From Zygophlyctis sp. KS116 (Eukaryota > Fungi > Chytridiomycota), in NCBI GenBank assembly GCA_054661495.1, contig BAAFSQ010000192.1, forward strand, positions 1 through 18,610: a DNA stretch of 18,610 nucleotides, given 5' to 3'. Made by a program: the position numbers and the translations under genes. The notes beneath the pieces were generated by a model that searched no databases, had not been told where the DNA came from, and saw only the letters and a list, made by a program, of their open reading frames with translations. Positions 10,604 to 18,610 of the stretch are shown one piece after another (position 1 is the stretch's first letter; each line of letters opens with the position of its first letter).

Positions 10604-10987
10604 ATGTCTGAAACTTTCAGATATGCCGTCGTCCATTGGTTCAACTACAGAAAAGATTTAGAATCAGGATTTATAAAAGGCTTTAATGATCTAGAAGAAG
10701 CAAAAACGCATGCTTATAAACTGGCTAGAAAAGACTGTCCACATGGGAATTCGCCAGTCATTACTGAAGATGAGATCACTGATAATAACGGTCCCGGGAA
10801 AAGCGGAAGCCCATATGACTCAATTGTCGGTTATGGTGGAAGTGCTGGAACTGGCTATTGTACAAAATTTTACTGCGTTGTAGAATGGTTTCCGGGCGTT
10901 ACAAACGATTGGGATAATAATATTAAGGACGAGAGTTATTGGAAAGATATATATGGAGATGAATGGTACCCAGAATATTATAGCTGA
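10604..10987 (+). CDS. Intronless hypothetical protein, 127 aa, rich in Trp/Tyr/Gly and acidic
   Basis: Clean ATG-TGA ORF preceded by an A-rich leader. It is more GC- and CpG-rich than its neighbours. No recognisable domain. Confidence 0.7.
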   Translation: MSETFRYAVVHWFNYRKDLESGFIKGFNDLEEAKTHAYKLARKDCPHGNSPVITEDEITDNNGPGKSGSPYDSIVGYGGSAGTGYCTKFYCVVEWFPGVTNDWDNNIKDESYWKDIYGDEWYPEYYS

Positions 10988-11128
10988 GAAATTTTTAGAA
11001 TATACTATCTTGTTTCAAAATTAAATTGTAAAGTGTGGGACTTGTTGTTTACATGATCAGAGTATTCCTAGTTTTAGAAAATACTTGGTCAAGAAAACAA
11101 GGAATAAACAGGATTCAAGTTTAGAGAT

Positions 11129-12952
11129 TTATTCAACAGCAGATTGCTTCAAGCTTGATCGTCCAGCTCGCATCATTTCATCAACAAGCAAAAAGTTTGA
11201 AGCAATTACAGAGCTAAAGGTTTAAAAATAAAATGATATACCAAGAATGTAGCATTTGACGATGAACACGATAATTATCCCAAACTCCTTCAGAACAAGG
11301 ATCCATAGTCTCTCCACTCACCAAATCAACTCCGACAATATGTCCTTGAGCATGCTCTTCCTAAAGATAAGAACTTATAGTTTACCAATAAAGAAACAAT
11401 CACTTCTTGAGCGTCAAATCCAGCATTCTGGGACAGAATTTTAGGGATTACAAGCATGGCTTCTGCGTATGCTTGAACTCCCAATTTAGCACGGCCTTTA
11501 ACTGTTTCCTTAAACTTGTGCAAGTGGCGAGATAAAGCAACTTGGAAAGCTCCAGCTCCAGGTACAACTGCAGCATCTTCAATAGCATTCTTAACAGCTC
11601 GTAAACCATCACGGACGGCGTCATTGATCTGCACAATAGTATGGGAATTAGGACCTATAATCAATGTATAATTTTTACCATTCAATAAAAGTGTTACAGA
11701 TTTTGGCTGAGAACATTGTTCAACAAATGTAAACTTTTCTTCTCCCAAAACATGCTCATATACAAGCCCAGCATGACCTAATATCTTTGCATCTAAATCA
11801 TCTACAGAGTTTTGAGTTGTTCCACCACAGCTCAATTGAATTCTAAAACTTTTAATAATCTCTTGTACCTTTCAGCATTTCTTCTTTTTGCACGTCTTAA
11901 AGCAAAGATATTATTCTTTGCCAAAACATCAAGCGAAAGAGGATCAATCCCCTTTTGATTGATAATAACAAAACCCTTTTTATTCCCATCACATACAAGT
12001 TTCTTGAAATCAACAATTTTCGCCAATTTTGCATCAACAAATCTTCTTTCAGACTCAATCAACTTTTCTCGTTGTTCAGCAGAATTATAAAAAAAGGAAG
12101 AATTAATTTCACTTTTAAATTAAAAAAATCCACTTACCTCTTTTCATATTCTAAAGACACATTAAGATTTAAAATATGAGCATCCTCTACTCTTTTTGGC
12201 ATATCTGGATGTCTTGGACCATGATCAAGCACCAAACCCTTTATCAATCTAGAATCTGTATCACTCTTGTGCATCATTTTCATAATTTCAACCATATGTA
12301 AATCAATTGGAGCCCCCTTATTATGAATACATAAAACAGCATCAACAATTGCTTCAGTTAAATTATCAGCAACCTCTTGACGTACTTTAGTTCTTAAAGA
12401 AGTGCGGGCAATATTAACTAAAATTTCTCTATCCATATCTTCCTTTTTCACCTTGAATTCTTCCAAAAACTAAATTTTTTAGTTTATCAAGTAAAACCTT
12501 TAAAGCCTCTTGTTTTGCAATCTCATAACCTTCTGTAATAATTCTAGGATGTAGTCCTTCAGAAACAAAACGCTCAGCCTGCTTCAGCAATTCCGCAATT
12601 AATAAAACATTTGAAGTTGTTCCATCCCCAGTAATTTCATCTTGTGCAGTAGCAGCTCTTGCAATCATTGCCGCAGTAGGATTTTGAATTTGCTAAAAAA
12701 ATCAAGAATAAAAGAATACCATTTCACATAGCAAAACTTTACCATCCTTTGTGAGTTTAATATCACCAGCACCTCCAACCAACATTTTTATTGTTCCTTT
12801 TGGACCTAAATTAGACTTTAACACATCTTGCAGCCCGAGAGCCGCATTTATATTCAAGTTTAGAGCCTGACCTCTTCTTGCGACCTCGGCCTTTGGGTTT
12901 GCCAACTGTATAGCAGAAGATGACCTAGAGTTAAATTTAGAGATTTTTACAT
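11129..12952 (-). CDS. CCT6: T-complex protein 1 subunit zeta (CCT6), 8 introns
   Basis: Motifs [67 protein letters not shown] and [15 protein letters not shown]. Introns at 12925-12950 (splits AT/G), 12693-12719, 12470-12497, 12112-12137, 11843-11868, 11655-11678, 11361-11385 and 11214-11241. Confidence 0.97.
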
Positions 12953-12960
12953 TTTTTTTG

Positions 12961-13020
12961 AGGTTTATTGAATTTTATTAGATTTTATTAGGATTTTATT
13001 ACAAGTTATTAGATTTTTAT
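12961..13020. repeat. Degenerate ~10-bp tandem repeat (GATTTTATTA) just upstream of the CCT6 start
   Basis: About six imperfect copies: aggtttattg aattttatta gattttatta ggattttatt acaagttatt agatttttat. Confidence 0.6.
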
Positions 13021-13030
13021 ATCTCATTAA

Positions 13031-13125
13031 CTGCCCCCAGCGCCTGATGAGCCATCCTAGAAGACCGCCGAGTAGCTCCTACCCGTCTGATAGATCCTAG
13101 TATAAAACAGCCTAGACTTACGACT
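13031..13125. promoter_or_regulatory. GC/CpG-rich bidirectional promoter core (CCT6 / BAP31)
   Basis: GC island between divergent genes. It contains GACCGCC (reverse complement of the GGCGGTC seen in the RPS3 promoter) and three CCTAG. Confidence 0.5.
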
Positions 13126-13139
13126 TTAGAAAAGTTAAA

Positions 13140-13772
13140 ATGTCACTATTTTATTCAATGGTGTTTTATCTACTAATTGCTGAAATAGCATTTACAACTG
13201 TTTTACTTTTGCCGCTTCCGCTATCATGGAAGAGTTGGCTATTTAAAAAGCTTTCAAGTTCTAAATTCAATCAATTTAGAAACGGTTTAAAAATCTCTCT
13301 TGTATTCATTGGACTCTTGTTTATTGACTCTATAAACAAGGCAAAATCTCTAAAATCTGAATCTGCATCTGGTAAAAAAGATGCTCAAACTGATGCTTAT
13401 TTGCATGCTAAAATGTTTTATGCTCAAAGAAATATTTATTTGACTGGTGCAACTATATTTCTAGCATTGGTGTTAATTAGATTTTTTAGTATGATTTTGG
13501 ATCTTGTAAAACAAGAAGAGAAGGCATTTGTTTTAAAATCTCAAGCTACTAAAACTTCAAAGGAATATATGAAATTAATTGATTCAGAGTCTGAAAAAGA
13601 TTTGGAAATTTCAGAATTAAAAGACAAAATTTCTAGTCTAGAGAGTAAATTAAAGGATTATGATATTCTTAAAAAACAAGCAGATTCTGTAAATTCAGAA
13701 TATATGAAATTGATTGATAAAGTTGCAGAATTGGAAAATAAAGGAAACAGAGAATCTAAAAAGGATTTGTAA
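13140..13772 (+). CDS. BAP29/BAP31 (Yet-like) ER membrane protein
   Basis: Three TM segments, LFIDS, KMFYAQRNIYLTGATIFL, a coiled coil with LKKQA, and a C-terminal KKDL dilysine ER-retrieval motif. Confidence 0.93.
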   Translation: MSLFYSMVFYLLIAEIAFTTVLLLPLPLSWKSWLFKKLSSSKFNQFRNGLKISLVFIGLLFIDSINKAKSLKSESASGKKDAQTDAYLHAKMFYAQRNIYLTGATIFLALVLIRFFSMILDLVKQEEKAFVLKSQATKTSKEYMKLIDSESEKDLEISELKDKISSLESKLKDYDILKKQADSVNSEYMKLIDKVAELENKGNRESKKDL

Positions 13773-13792
13773 AGAAAAATAGTTTTATACTT

Positions 13793-14338
13793 TTACTTGT
13801 TTTCTCCAATTGGCATAAACAGAAATATAGCCAATGGTACAATAATATACCAGTATCTAACAAAAATAGATTGATTTTGAGGAATATTTGGATCCTCTGG
13901 TTCAGGCATTTTATTGAGTATTGGTCTAGATCCAAATTGGATTTTAGAAATTGCTAGAGTAGTTTTAAATTTTCCTGATCTGGGCTTTAAGATTGGACCA
14001 CATTCATGACTTGGCACAGACAATGAGACATGATAAATACTTTTACCGTGTAAATATGCAGTAATAGTACTTTGAAATCTTGCAGATTGTAATTGACATA
14101 AAGGAACTGATAAAATATAAACTTGATCTTGTACAATTATTCTAATTTTGAAAGGATCGGAAGAGTCATTGTATAATAATGTTGGGATTGTTAAATTAGA
14201 GACAACTCGAACACTTTTACGTAATGGCTCAAAGTATAAATCTACTTTTGGAGACCAGCTTGTACCGACAAAGCTTTCCAAGGTAAAATGTTGGCAGTAG
14301 ACTAGAGGCAAGAGTAACAATAGACTTGAGAAAATCAT
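13793..14338 (-). CDS. EMC10: ER membrane protein complex subunit 10-like
   Basis: Signal peptide, VPLCQL..A.F...I..., and a C-terminal QSIFVRYWYIIVPLAIFLFM typical of EMC10 (SF..KYW.YI.P). Confidence 0.7.
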   Translation of the reverse strand: MIFSSLLLLLPLVYCQHFTLESFVGTSWSPKVDLYFEPLRKSVRVVSNLTIPTLLYNDSSDPFKIRIIVQDQVYILSVPLCQLQSARFQSTITAYLHGKSIYHVSLSVPSHECGPILKPRSGKFKTTLAISKIQFGSRPILNKMPEPEDPNIPQNQSIFVRYWYIIVPLAIFLFMPIGENK

Positions 14339-14366
14339 TATAAATCCTAGCCGTCCGCTGACTGAA

Positions 14367-15125
14367 ATGATTCCTAGTCATTCAAAATCCCAAGAGTTGG
14401 AGCAAGTACTGTATGTATCCCATGATTCTATTCCAAAGAGTTTTATACTGTCAACATTTATTCAATTGATTATTCAAACGAAAAGTATTAGAACTTGTAA
14501 TACTGATTTATCATCATCAGGTGCCACATTTTAGACTTAATATAGGATCATTACCAATGCTATTAACTGATCAGCGGGCGATTTCTGGAAAACAATTACT
14601 GGATTATGCTTTAAATGTAAGGTACTACTGAATGATTTTAGATCAATGATGTTTCAGAAATGGAAGTATCTGAATTTTATGCATTTCTATCTCTGATACA
14701 AGGGGAATTAATACCTGCATTAAATCTTGTACGATCGGATTTTCATGATCAAGATTTTATACCTTTTGATGAGGAATATCCTTGGCCTTTGGATTATATA
14801 CTCTATGCGCGTCAAAAGGCCTCGATTTATAATGAGATAAAGTCTCAATTTTCAGTAATTAATAAGGATCAGTTGAATAAATTAGCTGGTGGGGTATTGC
14901 AGACTCTAGAAAAGAAATTAGGGGCTAAAGAATATTATGGTGGATCAAGGCCAAATGTTTTAGATAAATTTGTTTTTAGTTGTTGTCATGCAATCTTAAA
15001 AGGTCCTGATGATTGTCATGTTAAAAAGATGCTACAGGAAAATATGTCATTGATGAAGGTAATTTAAAATATTCTAAAGCAAGTTTACTGAAAATTTCAA
15101 TCAAAAACATTTCAAGGAGATTTAG
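14367..15125 (+). CDS. Metaxin / SAM35-like GST-fold protein, 3 introns
   Basis: N-terminal LSSSGSLPML and a GST-C-like LQTLEKKLGAKEYYGGSRPNVLDKFVFS. Introns at 14521-14545, 14617-14641 and 15059-15083 (all 25 nt); stop TAG 15123-15125. Confidence 0.7.
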
Positions 15126-16758
15126 AAGATTCTTTCAAAAAAATTAAAGAGTCCTTGACGGATTTACGTTCAGTTAGAATCCTAGAATTAGATTTAATCT
15201 TTTTTACATTATCAAGAGGGTAGAGATTCCACATATTATTCCAATTCCTAAATGCTGATATTTGCTAAATGAATTTGTGATTTTTAAAATTGTAACAGAG
15301 GCAAATAATGATATCCAAACTATTGGTCGTGGTAGAAATTGAAAAACTTTTAACTGATCTTTATAGAACGAGTCTGAGAAATACTTGTATGCAAAGATTA
15401 TTCGCATTAAAAGATTTACAATATTAGCAAATACAAGTCCAGAAATACCAAAAAATGAGTATGTTAGCAAGAATGTAGACACAAATCCAAACCAGAAAAA
15501 TATTAATGCAAAGCTTTGTTTTCGAATAATCTTTGAGTCTCCTGCTCCTTGCAGCAGTGCTTCAGTAATTCCATTTACCCCCATGAATGGTATATATAGA
15601 CAATATATCCCTAAAACAAATGCAGCTTCATCTGTGGCTTTATCTGTATTGTATAACGTTTCTAGCAGTAGTTTTGTAAAAAAAGGTCCGAAAAATACGA
15701 AAAAAGATCCAAACAGGATATGAAACTTTAAAAAGAGTGTTACAAGTATTCTGGATGTATCTAGAGCTTTTTTAGTGATTTCAGACGTTAATTCTCTTGC
15801 GCAATAGTTTCTAAATATTTCTTCTAATGGTTGAAACAAGATCCTTGCAATCAATGACCCCAAATCCGAAACAAGTCTATATATCCCTCGCTTTTCAAGA
15901 GGAACATTTAGAAATACTAATAGAATTTTATCACCAACTGTTAGTATATGTTTTAAGATTGACTGAGCCCAAAAGTTTATTGCAACTGAAGTAAAATATG
16001 GATCAAGGAAACGACCAGTTAATGGTGATCTTTTTGGAATCATTGAAATCCAAAATTTATAGAGATCTTTTTCTTTCCTTACATGCCTTGACAAGAGTAT
16101 TATATAAGATCCAAAAAGCCACAGAGAACTCAGAATTTCGGCAATTCCATAAGCGCGCACACCATTATTTATCCCCTCTATTGTTTCTGACTGATCAGGA
16201 AAAAAGTATAATGTCATGATACATTTAAATAGTAGACTTGATCCTTCTGCTGATGCTTTAATACTATATAAAAGATTTTTCTGAGCATAAACTGCACATG
16301 GCTCAATTGATAATTCCACGAGCGCCCCAAGCCAATATCCCCAACCAATGAATACATTTGAAGATCCGTGATAAACTTTATAATACAATAATCCCAGTCT
16401 TACCAATATCATTCCCAGAATCAGAGGAATATATGAGAAATTAACTCTCTTTAATTAACGAATCATAACGTACCAGCGCATGTTCATCAGCATTCCAATC
16501 ATCATCAGACGCATCAATCACCTTTTTCAATGCCTGTTTATTGGGCAAAGACCGCATAACTGCTAGTCTTGAGTTTTCCCTACAAACAAAGAGAATGGAT
16601 GAACTCAGTAATTCCAACTCCAAAACTCTTCCAAGAACCTCAAAACTTGTCTTCTTTGCCAACAATAAATTCAGGGAAAACGATGCTAATCTAGACAATA
16701 GTGACAATGAGAGTAAATATTGTATTCCTCCAACGCTCGCCGATAGAGAGTTTATCAT
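15112..16758 (-). CDS. RFT1: Rft1 (Man5GlcNAc2-PP-dolichol translocation-associated protein), 2 introns
   Basis: Motifs LLSRLASFSLN, ILFVCRENSRLA, QSILKHILTVGDK, GIYRLVSDLGSLIARILFQPLEE, YCLYIPFMGVNGITEA and GLVFANIVNLLMRI. Introns at 16449-16473 and 15182-15207; stop TGA 15114-15112. Confidence 0.93.
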
Positions 16759-16819
16759 GACAGATTCTCAAATGAATAATTTCTAAGATGTTGAATTTTC
16801 TTCGACCGTTAAATTAAAC

Positions 16820-17614
16820 TCAATTATGAAAACTCATGTAGACTGATTTTGGTCCAATCAAGATCATATCTTCATCATTGAAATAAATCAAGTGATCTTG
16901 TGGTAAATGAAATCTTTGAGCTTTCTTTCCACTAGGCTGATCCAAAGACTTTAAATTTTGATTCAATTTTGCAAAATCTGCAGACTCTTTTATGCCATAC
17001 CAAATCTTGTAATGATCCTTCAACTCCTTGTACATTTTTCTAGGTTGATCATGAAATAAACCATCCTTTTTAAAAACTGTAATTATAACTGAATATTTTG
17101 AACCAGGATTTCCATTCTTTAAAGTTATAGTCTCTCCTGCCCAAATATTCATATAATTTTCATGAAATTGAATATGTTGTGGAATATACTTTATAATAGC
17201 TCCATCTTCTCTTTTAGTCCAAATTTCTCTACCGACTACAATTTCAACTTTGGGATCATATTTTAAATCTGAAATATGCTGAAAAACAGATTTTTTCAAC
17301 ATTGGCGGTGATTGTAATTCAGAATGTCCAGATGTAGAGTCAGTTCTTGAAACTTGAGATCGCAATGACCCAGAACTTAAATCCATATCAGAAACAACTC
17401 TGGGCATATTTTCCTTTAGCTCTTTAGAATGTATAAATAAGTTTGAAATACTCTTTACTAAATTCCCTAGAGGATTGTCGGGAGAATGTATTTCTTCATT
17501 CCAAGATTTTAAAGAATTTCCAGATTCAAATCCGGTTTCTAGACTCTGAAAGGTTTTAGGATGTGGGACTGCAAAGACACCAAGAATAACCATGTAAAAG
17601 TTTAATAATAGCAT
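16820..17614 (-). CDS. Secreted-type hypothetical protein, tandem paralog A
   Basis: Signal-peptide-like MLLLNFYMVILGVFA, a Ser-rich linker, and a C-terminal domain highly similar to the 17968+ ORF. Intronless. Confidence 0.8.
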   Translation of the reverse strand: MLLLNFYMVILGVFAVPHPKTFQSLETGFESGNSLKSWNEEIHSPDNPLGNLVKSISNLFIHSKELKENMPRVVSDMDLSSGSLRSQVSRTDSTSGHSELQSPPMLKKSVFQHISDLKYDPKVEIVVGREIWTKREDGAIIKYIPQHIQFHENYMNIWAGETITLKNGNPGSKYSVIITVFKKDGLFHDQPRKMYKELKDHYKIWYGIKESADFAKLNQNLKSLDQPSGKKAQRFHLPQDHLIYFNDEDMILIGPKSVYMSFHN

Positions 17615-17967
17615 GCCAAGATCGGATTTCCTTTTTCAAAATTTCAAATTGCGGCTACAAGATCGTACGAACGGTTTTAGATCGGTTACAATACAAATTT
17701 TGTTGTAGATCAAACTGATCGTCGCCCTAACAAGAAGGATCTACGGGTTTCATAAGATGCCGCATAGTAGCCAATCAAAGAAATTAGTTATTTTAATCCG
17801 TCATTACTCTCCTTGTCCACATTACATTGTCCGTTTTTGACTGCTTATTAGTGTCAGATATAAACCTTTCTTTGAGACTAATAAGTCCAAATTTCTTGAG
17901 GTAGGCGCATAGAGTTGAATATTTGCCGTAAAAGAGAGATAACACTTGCAAAAGAAAGTTATTTATT

Positions 17968-18610
17968 TTATCTTGTGCTATAGTATACAGACCTTGGTCC
18001 AATTAATATCATTGCTTCATCATCTGAATAGATTAAACGTCCTTTTGGTATTTGATATCCTTGTAGCTTTTCAATGTCTTGATGGTGAATTTTTGCTAAA
18101 TTTGCCAAATCATCATTTTGTTTTACATCATACCAAATTAGATAGTGATCTTTAAGACTTTTATACATTTTTCTAGCATAATTTCTTTCACCTTTAAAAA
18201 CTGTTATAATAACAGAGTATCTTGGACTAGTAAATCCATCTTTAGTAGTAATCCTTTCTCCTGCACAAATATTCATATAATTTTCATGAAAATTAACATG
18301 TTCTGGTGTATATTTTATAATAGCTCCATCATCTCTTTTATTCCAAATTTCTCTACCCACTACAATTTCAACTTTAGGATCATATTTTAAATCTGAAATA
18401 TGCTGAAAAGCAGTCTTTTTCAACATTGGCGGTGAATCTAATTCAGAAATTCCAGAAAAAGAATGAGTTTTAGCTACAAGAGGTCTACTAATCTCATCTG
18501 AAAAATCTAATAATTCCAATGAATTTAGATCAATGTCAGAGACGATCCTAGCCTTTTTTTCATCTCTGAATAATGAATTCCAAGAATTCTTTGAATTTTT
18601 AAAATCTGTC
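17968..18610 (-). CDS. Hypothetical protein, tandem paralog B (5' end beyond the window)
   Basis: The frame stays open from the window edge (TDFKNSKNSWNSLFRDEKKARIVSDIDL...) and shares SPPMLKK..FQHISDLKYDPKVEIVVGREIW...ILIGP.SVY with paralog A. Confidence 0.8.
   Translation of the reverse strand, partial: TDFKNSKNSWNSLFRDEKKARIVSDIDLNSLELLDFSDEISRPLVAKTHSFSGISELDSPPMLKKTAFQHISDLKYDPKVEIVVGREIWNKRDDGAIIKYTPEHVNFHENYMNICAGERITTKDGFTSPRYSVIITVFKGERNYARKMYKSLKDHYLIWYDVKQNDDLANLAKIHHQDIEKLQGYQIPKGRLIYSDDEAMILIGPRSVYYSTR

Noticed and set aside
13043-13092. CTGATGAG...CTGA resembling a hammerhead core or a C/D-box snoRNA
   Set aside because: There is no stem II plus GAAA for a hammerhead. The C-to-D span is only about 46 nt, with no convincing terminal stem or recognisable rRNA guide. 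It is better explained as a GC-rich divergent promoter.

Overview
AT-rich, extremely compact eukaryotic nuclear DNA. It is most consistent with an early-diverging, chytrid-like fungus; this taxon call is inferred from the protein style and gene set, not proven. I reconstructed 16 protein-coding genes by hand, most of them split by tiny spliceosomal introns. Of 39 introns, 38 are 24-33 nt and one is 92 nt, inflated by a tandem repeat. In order the genes are: WW-MyTH4-RhoGAP (ARHGAP39-like), HSBP1, SLP1/SUCO-type SUN protein, PP2A scaffold A subunit, a putative glycosyltransferase, an ankyrin protein, RPS3, UNC-45/She4, an intronless ORFan, CCT6, BAP31, EMC10, a metaxin-like protein, RFT1, and two tandem paralogous unknown proteins (the complete one looks secreted). 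Notable oddities: a TAATG stop/start overlap joining PP2A-A to the glycosyltransferase-like gene; a predicted GT-TG intron; a CCT6 start codon split by an intron so the unspliced RNA reads AUG-UAA; convergent genes whose coding ends overlap; 28-40 bp divergent promoters; and two GU-rich folded RNA candidates in the only long convergent spacers. The standard genetic code fits. No mobile element, CRISPR array, tRNA or rRNA was seen.
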